From positions 75,454,001 through 75,518,000 of the forward strand of contig OX597819.1 in the NCBI GenBank assembly GCA_951406725.2: a stretch of 64,000 nucleotides of DNA, given 5' to 3'. The translations under genes and the position numbers were made by a program. Numbering within the stretch: the stretch's first letter is position 1; each line of letters opens with the position of its first letter. The notes under the pieces are model-generated. The model was given only the letters and a program-made list of their open reading frames with translations, did no database searches and was not told the origin of the DNA. The DNA is from Octopus vulgaris. Taxonomy: Eukaryota. Positions 12,725 through 24,954 of the stretch are shown here, piece after piece.

Positions 12725-15700
12725 GTCGTCCTGGATGTCGACGGCAGCAATGGGTGCGCTTTTCGACTCGTATCAATCTACGCACCGCCCTTAACAGGTC
12801 GGGCGGATTTCTTTCAACGTCTAGAAGTATTCTTGGGAACGTCTCGTCCTTTACTCTTAGTGGGGGATTGGAATGCTACCTTGGACACGCATGTAGACTA
12901 CGTGGGTAGAGATAGGAATAGACGGGGATGCAAATGCCTCAGAGACCTGCTCAGACGCTTTCAACTATCTGACAGGTTCCGACTAGACCACCCAAATGCG
13001 CCAACGTGGACATGGAGCCACCGCATCGGGTCGTCGAGATCGTATCTAGATAGGATACTGTGTAGGACAGTAGATAGAGATAGCATAGGATGTCCACAAT
13101 TCCACATAGTCAGCTACACGGATCACAAACTTGTGACATGTACGCTAGACTTAGGTAAGAAACTTAGGCAGGGTCCCGGATACTGGAAACTAAACGCGTC
13201 TTTCCCATCGAGACAGGTTTTCAGAGACTGGATTAGCACACTAGTAAAGAGGGCTTTGACGGAAGCCATCATCAACAACAAATGGTGGTTTGCCCTCAAG
13301 AGAGCAGTAAAAGCAGAAGCGATTAGGTACAGCAAAGCACTAGCCGTAGATAGAAATAGAGTAGAGGGTGAACTAGTTAAGAAGCTAGAAGAGGCAATTA
13401 GAAGCGGCATCGCATCCGACGTTTTGGCGGCGAGGTTGGCCCTCGAACAACACTTCAACGCCAAACACGAAGGGTGTGCTGTCAGAGCTAGGATGCGTGC
13501 TCTAAGGAACGAAGGTGTTGGAGCCGCGAGAGAGCCCGGGTGGCAGAGGCGCAACAGGGCAACAAAGCCACCATTCGGTCTCTGGTAGATTAACAGGGGC
13601 GCGAATTGATCGAGCCAAGTAAAATGTGTGAGGCCTTTCAACAGCATTTTGCCCGACTGTTCGGGACGAGTGGCGGGCAAGAACGTAGGGTGGACTTCAG
13701 TACCTACCTACACAGCCTACCACGACTCTCGACAAGAGAGGCAGGATGCTGCGAAGGGGCCATCACGGCGGCGGAAGTGCAGGACGCGATGGCAGAATGC
13801 TCGAAGGACAAATCGCCGGGTTTGGATGGTCTACCCTACGAGCTTTACAGTTGTATGCCAGACTTGTTTGGAGACGTCTTGGCAGCGGTGTACTGCAACT
13901 GGCAGCAAAACGGGAGCATTCCTGGTTTTGTGAGCCGAGGAGCCGTAACACTGATCTAAACAAGGGAAATGTAATAGATAACTTTAGGCCCATCACTCTG
14001 CTTAATGCAGACTTGAAAATTTTGGCCAAGGTGTTAGCCAAGAGGTTGGCGCTTGTCATCGAGAAACTGGTCGACAAGGCGCAAACGTGCGCCGAGCCGG
14101 GCCGGACCATCCACGACAACCTCCACCTGATGCGCTACATCATAGACAGGGTAGTTAACGAACCTGGCATGGGTGGGGCGCTGATCAATTTGGATCAATC
14201 GAAAGCTTTCGATAGGGTAGACCATCGATACTTGGAGGCAGTCCGCAGAGCGGCTGGCTTCGGTCCCGTCTTCCGCGGCTGGATAGCCGCTTTGTACAGA
14301 GGCATCCGCTCGGTAATTCGCGTAAATGGACATCTATCGAGACTTTTCGACATCGCACGTTCGGTCCGTCAGGGATGCCCCCTCTCGTCGCTTCTATACG
14401 TATTGACTCTCGAGCCACTATTGCGGAAGCTGGCAACTCTGAGGGGCATCCCGCGAGAACTGGGATGCGGGACGAGCGTGTCTGCATACGCGGACGACGT
14501 CACCATCATAGTGTCTAGCCACGAGCACATCGAGCAGGTCGGCGAGACACTGAAAAACTACGAAGCGGTGACAGGAGCAAAAATCAACCGGGAAAAGTCA
14601 GTGGGCTTGCGACTAGGCACCTGGAGAAGCAAGCCCATGCCGTCCACCAGCGCCTCCGTTGTGGGAAGCTGGACCGACGGTCCGGTCGAGTTGCTCGGGG
14701 TCTGGTTCGGTCCGGACCTCCAAATGGAGAAGAACTGGAACGAGATAACGAGTAGGGTGGTCACTCTCGCCCGGCAATGGGCCGAGAGGAAACTGTCTCT
14801 AAAAGGTCGGGCGGAGGTGGCGAACACGTACATCGCGTCCGTCATCTACTACCGCCTGACCGTCGTGCCTTGTCCTGACCCTACCATCACCAAACTAGAA
14901 CGCATTCTCTTTCGCTTCTTGTGGAAAGGATGCACCCCGATGGCCAGGCGATCCATTTGCTGTCAACACCCGTTAAAAGGAGGACTGGGCATGCCGTGGT
15001 TGATGATGCGCAGACACGCGCTGAGACTGCGACACCTCAGGCTCTTCGTAGACGACGGTGAACAGGTGTGGTCGCCGTTTGTGAGGCCCGTTTTCCCGCA
15101 GCTCGTCTCCATGACCGAACTGCAATCGTGGATCAAAAAGAGGCCGAGGAAGGGCGTATGGCACCGCGAGTGTCGCGTTGCTCTCAAGCAACTCTGCCGT
15201 CCTGGGTCGACCTTGAGTGACTCCATCACAACCAAAGCATTCTATAGGGGATTAGTGGAGGGTAGGTACGACGACGAGCTTGGGGCGAACCTGGACGTCG
15301 ACGAGGAATACCTGACCCGCCTGTTTGGGACGACTTTCGGGCCAGGGCCCGTGGACAACTTCCAGAGATCCCTGGCCTGGTAGTGCTACCGAGAATCGCT
15401 ACCCGTTCGGGATAAGCTCTACAGACGCGGCTCGAGAAACACGGGGCCCACCTGCCTGAGATGCAGCCAGAGCGACGAAACCGTTCTGCACGCACTCGTG
15501 CAGTGTCCAACAATTTCCGACCTGTGGGCTTATGTCGAACAACTGCTGTCACGTGTGGGACGAGTCGGTTTATCAGCTGAGTCTATCGTCAATATTGTCA
15601 CGCCTCCTTCCTTCAAACGGGAAGGAAGAGCTATTTTCATCATCCTTGTGGCTATGGCGAAAGAATGTATCTGGTGGACGCGTCTGAAAGGATTGGAGAC

Positions 15701-15872
15701 AAACACTTTCCTCTCTGGTCAATCTCTCATCAACTTCTTCAAGTACCACTTGAAAAGGAAAGTGAGAGTAGAGAGGCAAGTTTTGTCTAGCGAATGTTTT
15801 AAAAAAAGATGGGTGAATGTAGCAAGGATGGCACGTATGAATGACGAAGCCACCTTGAGCATAATCCTATGA
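12725..15872 (+). pseudogene. Disrupted ORF2 (APE endonuclease - reverse transcriptase - zf-RVT) of the Tx1-like LINE
   Basis: SIYAP, VGDWN, SYLDRI, TDH (EN); KSPGLDGLP, NFRPITLLNADLKILAK, LDQSKAFDRVDH, RQGCPLS, YADD at 14487 (RT); CLRC..ETVLHALVQC. Frameshifts near 13535 and 13955; stops at 13591 (TAA) and 15381 (TAG). Confidence 0.92.
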
Positions 15873-16302
15873 ACCCAGAAATTGAAAACAGTGTTACCCA
15901 CTTGCAAACAAATGTGGTAACATATAACAATATTGACCGAGGTTACCGTGGTCTTTTTCGGAGGATTTTCTTCCCACGGATAAACCTTATCTGCTTTTCC
16001 CTTTAAACCATACATCGTGACACTGTGATACACGATCCCTATTGGTCGCTTTTTTTTTCCTCTTCCCCCTTTTTCCTCTTTTTCTCCTTTTTTCATTTTT
16101 CTTTTCTTTTGTTCCTTTTCCTTAGTTTCGTTTTTTCTTTTCTTTTCTTTTTTTTCCTTTTACGATCCCTTTTGATCGAAAGCATACGCCACTTTTTTTT
16201 TGTTCCCTTTGTTTTTTTTTTCATCCCCCAAAAGAAAAGCTCTACCTTGTAATTTGTCCCATCTGTGTGCAGCCCTGTGTGGCCAATAAAGAAACTTATC
16301 TA
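12725..16302 (+). mobile_element. Tx1/L1-clade non-LTR retrotransposon, 5'-truncated, inserted in (TCTA)n with a 23-bp TSD
   Basis: GC-richer block encoding APE endonuclease, RT and zinc finger; T-rich 3' UTR; AATAAA at 16285-16290; TSD tctatctacctaccaatctatct at 12702-12724 and 16303-16325. Confidence 0.93.
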
Positions 16303-16317
16303 TCTATCTACCTACCA

Positions 16318-16389
<72 letters not shown>

Positions 16390-16756
16390 GTCTATATATC
16401 TATCCACACAGACAAATGTGAGTGTGTGTGCGCGCGCGCGCGCGCGTGTGTGTGTGTGTGTAATTCTGAGATTACTTTTGCTGCTTCTCCGAATTTCCTA
16501 AGCCACGATGATCACACAAGGATTGCATGATCAGCGTTGATTCGCGACACTCGAGTTATCTTAGCTGTATTGTAATTAATCACTTTTCCTTCTTGCTTGT
16601 AAATTCTAAAAGGCACATATCCTCTCTTGTAAATTATCTGGTACCACCGCCATTGCTATCATCCCCCGCTACCCCCATCAACAACAACAACAACAACAAC
16701 AAATAAAGCAAAATGGTGGGATAATTCATATGACATATCCTTTATAAACGAAGGTT

Positions 16757-16790
<34 letters not shown>

Positions 16791-16796
16791 CGTATT

Positions 16797-16846
<50 letters not shown>

Positions 16847-16903
16847 TATATATGTATATATATGTATATATATATATATATATATATAAAACATATATAT
16901 GTA

Positions 16904-16990
<87 letters not shown>

Positions 16991-16995
<5 letters not shown>

Positions 16996-17174
16996 TATTT
17001 TAAGCATTCAACAAAATACATTTCTCGTTGCCGTTCATCAGACAGTTTTTGCAAAAACTGTCTGATAAGGCATCAACATTTTGTTGAATTTTCTGCTGTA
17101 AAGCATATTACTCTACCACTGGTATTTGAGTACTCTTTTTTCCACCTTGTTTCACATTTATGTGTTTACTCCGG

Positions 17175-17175
<1 letters not shown>
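16991..17175 (+). mobile_element. Fold-back insert between (TA)n tracts with a degenerate hammerhead core (Penelope-like terminal fragment)
   Basis: Perfect 30-bp palindrome at 17037-17066 ending in CTGAT on each strand; outer arms 17006-17017/17078-17089; tail homologous to minus-strand copies at 46312-46425 and 48622-48753. Confidence 0.6.
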
Positions 17176-17229
<54 letters not shown>

Positions 17230-17368
17230 ACATAAATGTATATGTACAAGATAATATGTATATATGCACAAATACACATACACACACATATGTATATTCT
17301 CACACACACTTATACATATCTATATACTCCATCCATCCATCCAACCACCCACCCACCCACCTGCCTAC

Positions 17369-17435
<67 letters not shown>

Positions 17436-18169
17436 CCTAACTAGCTATCTGTCTATCTTTCTTTCTTCCTTGGGAAAACTTTATTGATTATATATGATAA
17501 AGGAAATGCTTCGAACGTTTACCGACCAAAATCTCCATACACGATGATTCATCTACTTTTCACAGTGTCACATAAAAATTCTCCTAAGTATATTAATATT
17601 TCGCTCCTTTTTCTCGATTTCCTATCTATAATCTTATTTCAGTGAATAGACACGGTTCGTTGATTTTTATTCTCCATACGGGGAACGATATTACGCGCAC
17701 GCGCGCACATGGACGTATATGGGTATGTGAGCCTACATGTGATGCATAGTAAATGCGCTCACATATAAAATGATATCGCTCATTGGAAATAGATCTGTGT
17801 AACTTTAGGGCCCATACCAAATTAAAAAAAAAATAGTAGGCAATCTTCAAGCGATAAACAAAACTGTTTTCTTCAATATTCTGGACATATATGTTTCCAG
17901 TACTGAATGCTGGTCTGAAAAGTTTGAAAAGCGCGTAACTCGTTACAAACAGATATTTGCAGGGCTGAGCATTTTTTTGTGCAGTTAGATTTAAAGGACA
18001 TTTCTCATCAAAAGAGCGGTATTCGGTAAAAGAATTTTGATGCTGAAAAATTATCCATATTTATCTAAAACAATCTATAAGATTTTTGGGGGTCCACGCA
18101 ATACAATAGTAAATTGGGAGTCTACAGTAGTATTTTAAGGGCCCCTGAAAAAAATTTGGTTTAGATGCA

Positions 18170-18731
18170 TTGGGTTGTTCGGAAAGTTCATGCCGATTTA
18201 TAGTAGCTTACATTCCGACTTATCTTAGAACATGGTTGAGTCCATAAAATAGGATTTGACTACACCTCCATTTAGAGCACAGTTTAAGCTATCATTTCGT
18301 AGAAGAAGGTTTATGTTCCTATAACCTGTGTTAATTCTATAACCCTTTAAAATGGAAGATGAAAAAGTTCATTTTCGGCACTTGATGTTTTGGGAACCAG
18401 ACAAAAATTGCTGCAGCTCGGCTGGGATGTGTTACCCCACCCTCCATATTCACCAGATATTGCTCCTTCGGATTTCCACTTATTCTCTGCAGAATAGTAA
18501 AAAATGGTAAAAATTTCAATTCCTTGGATGACGTAAAAAGATACCTTGATGAATTCTTTGCCATGAAACCACCTCAAATCTGGAAAGAGGGTATTTTCAA
18601 GTGAAAGAAAAGATGGAGACGCATTGTGCAACAAAATGGTTCATATTTGCTCGATTAAAAATGTAATGGCAAATATTTATTGACCTTTTTCTTTCCTTTA
18701 AAAATCGGCACGAACTTTCCGGACGACCCAA
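18170..18731 (+). mobile_element. Internally deleted mariner element
   Basis: TIRs ttgggttgttcggaaagttcatgccgattt / aaatcggcacgaactttccggacgacccaa|TA; N-terminus MEDEKVHFRHLMFW (ATG 18352) joined to LGWDVLPHPPYSPDIAPSDFHLF...RWRRIVQQNGSY. Confidence 0.9.
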
Positions 18732-18958
18732 TACATAGTTGTATGTATTGCAAAGAGCAGCGCGGTTTCTTTCTCTAACATTTTACTTAGTTCAACCTAC
18801 ACTGCGAAAAAAAGAAAAGAATATGGAATTTTGAAAGAGGTTTCTATAAAACTAGTTTTTAAACATCGAATGGCTATGGGGTAGGGGTCTACCAGAATAA
18901 AATAGTAATTAAAGGCGATGCAAAGACGAAAATGGTCGAGAACCCTTGATCTAGAGCA

Positions 18959-18959
<1 letters not shown>

Positions 18960-19025
<66 letters not shown>

Positions 19026-19137
19026 GTTGCTGCTGTTGCTACTACAACTGCTGCTGCTGCTGCTGCTACTACTACTACTACTACTACTGCTGCTGCTGCT
19101 ACTACTACTGCTACTACTACTGCTGCTGCTGCTGCTG

Positions 19138-19230
<93 letters not shown>
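18960..19230. repeat. (ACT)n/(GCT)n trinucleotide array
   Basis: Directly visible; abuts a SINE-D-type 3' end on the minus strand (ggtttcaaattttggcac). Confidence 0.95.
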
Positions 19231-19480
19231 ATGGTTTCAAATTTTGGCACACTTGAGTTCTTGTGTATCACGTAAGGCTAGAGATGGGAGAGATGGCCTC
19301 CCCTCGCAAATACTAATCAGACACAGAATGTGTGTCGTTAGCCAGCTGGAAAAGATGTCTTCCCGAGGCTATAAACGCCAGTAGCACTGTCACGTATAGG
19401 ACGCCATTCTTGGTTGGCAATTATATGTTACGATTCCATATTGCTACTGTTAATATCTTGCTCAGAGATTTAATATAGCC

Positions 19481-20460
19481 ATCGAACCTTTCGGGTGCAG
19501 ATAAATGGAAATCTCTCTTCGGAGACGAATACCTGCAGCGGCGTTCCCCAGGGGTCGGTGCTGGGGCCAATACTTTTCCTTCTCTATATCAACGACCTGC
19601 CAAATTTCTTGATGGAAGAGTCCTCCTATTTGCAGATGACATCAAACTTGTTTCGCCTAGGAATTAATGCGACATACTCCAATCGTCGCTGAACCGAGCT
19701 TGGAATTGGGCGGAAGAATGGGATCTGCCCCTGAACGCCTCAAAATGCAGCCATTTGCCGATAGGTTCATCTTCAAACTCTCCCTTACCTATTGGCCTCA
19801 AACACCAGCATCTTAAGATAGTCACTGAAGAAAAGAATCTCAGCATAATAACGATCGATACTACTTTCAAACCAACACGGCAGTGTATCGAGGCAGCCAA
19901 CAAAGCCAGAAGGAATCTTTTCCTCATCAGGTGGTCCTTTATCAACCTTTCAATAGACGCCTTACGGCCTTTATATATCACTCTAGTTCGACCCATCCTC
20001 GAATATTGCATCCAGGCCTCAAACCCATATATCCAGAAAGACATTCAGCACCTGGAACGGGTTCAGCACTTAGCCACCCGAATGGTCGCGGGCTTGTCTA
20101 AGCTTACGTATGAGGAACGTCTCCAACGGCTGGCGTTACCTTCACTCGAACGACGGAGGATGCGGGGAGATCTCATCCTGGCTTTCAACATCTTCAACGG
20201 GAATGTAAACCTATCATTTGCGGAGTTTTTCACCCCGACACTTTCGGCTCAACAGGCGAAAGGCCGCATTCTCTGTCCGTATCGCAGCCCCGTGGAACAA
20301 GCTACCACAAGATGTCATTCAACTGCCCACCATTCCCTGGACAACTGTGGCGACTACGTAGAAAAACTATATATAACAATAACTGTTTTTGTTTTGTTTT
20401 TTACATGGCTTAAGCACATTGTGCTTTTCTCCTGCCAATAAATTTGATTTGATTTGATTT
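19481..20460 (+). mobile_element. CR1-clade LINE, 5'-truncated, frameshifted RT/C-terminus with (ATTTG)n tail
   Basis: GVPQGSVLGPILFLLYINDL, LFADDIKL, LVRPILEYC, LERVQHLATRMV, LERRRMRGDLI, PWNKLP; AATAAA followed by (TTTGA)n. Confidence 0.9.
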
Positions 20461-20586
20461 AATATATATGGTTATTGTATATTCTGTTAAGAACATAGCA
20501 GAGTACAATACTCGTCCACCTTCAGATTTAACCCGTGCTATCCAGTAGTAGTATTATTCGTACTTCCAGGTTTACGATTGGGCATT

Positions 20587-20666
<80 letters not shown>

Positions 20667-21596
20667 ACTCAATCTCCCTCACATACACACACACGCCTAT
20701 ATATTTTGTATTTCTATTTCTACCTCTGTTTGTCTTATTGTCTCAGACAAGTATAAACACGAACGAACAAACGGACGGAATAAACCTCTAGTTAACTGTC
20801 ATTACTTCAGATTATTTCGAATTACTGTCTTTGAAACAAATAATAAACAAACGAAGTAAATGCATGAATACACAAACAGAAAAAAAAAATGAAAGTCATA
20901 AAAATAAATTGGGAGAAAAATAAATAGTATAAAAAAGAAAATTATAAAAATGGCAAAAGAAACAGAATTATTGACGTTATATCAAGCAAGCTTTATATTA
21001 ACGACTGAAACTTATGGTAGAGACTTATTAAACGAAATATCCCACAAAACTCATTCTAGTATAAAGCCCGTATAAAAATCTTGTTTTATTACGAACCTTT
21101 ATTTTATGACATACTTTAATTATCATAACCAGATTACCAGATAACCATATGTATACAACTTAGGAGAAGATTGCACAGAGGATGGAGTCAAAGTAATTAC
21201 ACGTACGTTGGTGTATGTAGGTGGTTGTGTGTGTCTGTACATACATACAAACATATATATACATACATACATACATACTTACTTACATACATACACACAC
21301 ATATGTGTGTGTGTGTAATCACACAGTTTTGTGCAATAGTTATGTCAGTTTCCTGTAATCTTAGTTTCGTAAACACAAGTCATAATTTTAACAAGAGATA
21401 AAATCATACACTTAAATCTGTGTATTTATTTGTGTGTGCAAAATACATCGCCATATATGTATAGATATCCATCCATCCATCCATCCATCCATCCATCCAT
21501 CCATCCATCCATCCATCCATCCATCCATCCATCCATCCATCCATACATACATACATACATACATACATGCGCAAAGACATGCATACAAATATACAT

Positions 21597-22440
21597 ATGA
21601 TGCCCGAAAGGGATAGAGATGCAGGAAAAGCAGTAAAATGTGACAACCGATGCAGATTTTGTGGAGTTCACAGTGAAGATATCACTCACATCATAAGCAG
21701 TTGTCCGAATACCACGGTACTATTTATCGATGGGACATGATGTAGCTAGGGCACTCTAAAAAGTAGTCCGTCGGAAGGATAAGCCCGAGGACAAAGAAAT
21801 AAGAACCCACAATATGGTAGACCCCATAGCCACTCATAACAAAAAGGAGTACTGTTGGAATGTCCCAGTGAAAACCTCAATAAAATGTAAGCACAACAGA
21901 CCTGATATAATGATTTGGGACAGAGAAGAGAAACTGTGCACAGTTGTGGAAATTAGTTGGCCAGTGGATGCTAACATAAAGCTGAATATCAGTGCGAAAG
22001 AGAACACATATGCTGAACTATTGAGGAATCTGCAGTTACTCTATCCAGATTACAAGTTCAGGTTTATACCTGTAATTATTAGGACCCTGGGATACGTAAC
22101 ACACTGCCTAAATACCAATCTTGAGAAATTAAGCTTCTCAAAACCAGAAAGGAGAAAGCTAATTCGAAGACTACAGATCCATTCCAGCACTGGAACTGTA
22201 AAAATCTGTAAAACTTTCCAGAAGTTTATCATTTAAGTATATATGAGCATGTCTTGATATGCAAATATATGCATGAGAATGCACACATGAAGCAAAACAT
22301 ACAAATCTGCACATATATTTACATACAAACAAAAATATCCTGTTGTTGATGTTGAAATTCCAATGAAGAAGCCTTGAATGTAGATTAAAAACCAGCTTTT
22401 TCTCTATTGGTAAGAAATCTTGAAATAAAACTGAACGATG
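21597..22440 (+). mobile_element. R4/Dong-like non-LTR retrotransposon 3' fragment (CCHC finger plus restriction-like endonuclease)
   Basis: CRFC...[10 protein letters not shown]; HNRPDIMIWD...VVEIS...KENTY...FIPVII; stop at 22236; 3' UTR with AATAAA. Confidence 0.85.
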
Positions 22441-23186
22441 GCATACATATATACACACATACTCTCTCTCTCTCATACACACACACACACACACACACGC
22501 TGACAAATACTTACAGATAAATGATAGTAATTATGTATATACGTTTAGTTTCCGTTAAATTCTTACATGGGCACGAGACAAAGACTATATGCAACGGTAA
22601 CGAATAAATATTAGGTGAAACTCTGTCTGTAAATAAATATATACTTATAAACGTAGAAACAGGCGTAGAAACAGGCATACAATCATGCATACACGCATAT
22701 ATACAAACGTACGTACTCACGGTGGCTGTCGACTGGTGGACGAGTATGACCATAGCTGACAAATGATCTTAGTCTAGATATTAAAGACAATTACTGTCAG
22801 TAATGCCCGTGCTGAAATTTGAAGTCAATAACAGCTTGCACAACACCGCTAAGACTCACTAACAATGCCAAGTATTTCAGAAACAAGTGATAGTAATGTC
22901 TTCGGCTTCTCGATGACGCATGTGTTATATAGGAATTTCCCTCTCCCAGGGAGATGTCCAAACAAAAACAAGGGGTCTATTAAATCCTGCTATTGGATGA
23001 TTATTGATTCACCGAGTTCATTCATCTTTTGAGACTTTGTCAAGTTTTGTTTTTCCTCCTGCAGGGTGTCCAACGAAACCCATTCTCCTTACCAAACAGG
23101 CTTGGTAGGGCTGTTGGTTTAGTTGCAGACAGCCCAACGATATGACAAGTTGTACCAGGTTACATACATACATATACATACATACA

Positions 23187-23430
23187 TGAGAAAGGGGACA
23201 TCTATGGACCATTGACAAGAAGTTTGCAAATCCAGTACTCAAGATATACTTTCAACTTCATGCCTATTACCATCGGAGCAACAGGATATATACCAAGCTG
23301 TCTGGGGCAAAGTACGGTTAAATTTGGGATCTTGAGGGAGAGAATGCAAAATCCTTATTTCATATGCTACAAATGATTACAGTATCTTAGACTATAAAAA
23401 TCTGCAAGATCTTCTTAAGATTTAAAAGGT
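23187..23430 (+). mobile_element. Diverged R4/Dong-like RLE C-terminal fragment (second subfamily)
   Basis: KGDIYGPLTRSLQIQYSRYTFNFMPITIGATGYIPSCL...TIKICKIFL aligns by eye with 21997-22236. Confidence 0.6.
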
Positions 23431-23537
23431 GATGGTTAAGATACTTTCCTTGACAAACTTGCTACCGAGTTGGTGGCCGGTTAAAATTTATTCTAAAATT
23501 AAGAAGAGGATATGCATACATACATATGTAACAAAGT

Positions 23538-23888
23538 GCCAATCTTGAGAAATTAGACTTTTCAAGACCAGAAAGGACAAAGCTGATTCGAAGACTACAG
23601 ATTCAAGCCAACATTGGAACTGTAAAAAATTATAAATCCCTTCAGAAGTTTACCATTTAAGTATATATGCGCATGTCTAGATATGCAACTATATACATGA
23701 GAGTACATGCATAAAGCAAAACATACAACTATGCACATGCACTGACTCCAAATAGTGCACATATATACACATACATGCAATAATACCCTCTTGGTATTGT
23801 TGAAATTCCCTTGGAGGAACCTTCGATCTAGATTAGAAACCGGCTCTTTCTCTATTGGCAAGAAATCTTGAAATATAATTGAATAATG
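23538..23888 (+). mobile_element. R4/Dong-like 3' end, same family as 21597-22440
   Basis: NLEKLDFSRPERTKLIRRLQIQ...; the 3' UTR matches 22236-22440. Confidence 0.85.
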
Positions 23889-24199
23889 ACATACATAGAT
23901 ATAGCAGTCAATCAGGTGCAAAAGTATTTTGTTGTAGAAGCCAACTGCGAACTTGGCCTCATTGCATTGAGAAAAATACAGTGGGAAGAAGGAATCTCAA
24001 GATTACTAGTGAGGAGACTGCAAAACCATTATCCAGAACAGTTCTTCGGGTCTATATGCAATATTACTGAAGTGACAGGTAATCTACCAAACAGTTTGGA
24101 TAAAAAAATGATTAAACTATTATTCATTGGCTAAATATGATCGCGATACACAGGGCTAAAATATACCTCCAAGACATTTTGAAATTAAAATGGAAAAAA

Positions 24200-24413
24200 T
24201 ATTGGTTTCAAATTTCGGTACAAGGTCAGCACTTTTAGAGAACGGGGCCAATCGATTACATCGACCCCGGTGCTCAAATGCTACTTATTTTATCGACCAC
24301 GAAAAGATGAAAGGCAAAGTAGATCTCGGCGGAATTTGAACTCAATGTAAAAATGGACGAAATGCCGCTAAGCATTTCGCCCTGCATACTAACGATTCTG
24401 CCACCTCGCCGCC
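24200..24413 (-). mobile_element. SINE family D copy
   Basis: Reverse complement of ggcggcgaggtggcagaatcgttag...gagttcaaattccgccgagatctactttgcctttcatc. Confidence 0.8.
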
Positions 24414-24900
24414 AAAATGGATAAAATATTGCATGTAGACAATGAAAGAACTAGACACGCCATTTAAAACAAAAAAACTATTCCTTACAACACGACCGAG
24501 TGTATGGCCATTCAAAACAAATTTCTGGTCTCTAATCAGGAAGAGAAAATATACACCCATTATGTGTGTGTATATGCTTATACATATGCGCGTGCGCACA
24601 GGCACCCATTCACATAAACGCGCATATAATAAAATCTCGGTGTAACGATATAATTTAACGGATTTTGGATTCAAAGCGTCGAATAATAATGTCTTCTTAG
24701 TGTCATTGATTTGCCCTGTTACTTGGGACAATATCAGTTTAACTAACATTGAACATTATTTTCCTCATAACATACAACGCCCGCTCCTCTCACTCTCTCT
24801 CTCTCTCTCTTCCTCTCTCCACCCACATATATACAGGCGTACGCACCCACATATATATACAACACATGCCTCTTACTTTCTCTCTCTCTCTTTAAATACA

Positions 24901-24954
<54 letters not shown>

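Noticed and set aside
13123-15779. Antisense and alternative-frame ORFs over the Tx1 element
   Set aside because: Expected shadows of a GC-rich coding sequence.
18080-18950. hAT-like host element around the mariner (end ...ggtcgagaacccttg)
   Set aside because: Only one degenerate terminus is recognisable, with no matching TIR or 8-bp TSD.
18797-19275. Poly-T/A, poly-S, poly-V and poly-L ORFs (mucin- or antifreeze-like)
   Set aside because: Pure (ACT)/(GCT) array open in several frames, with no codon variation or gene context.
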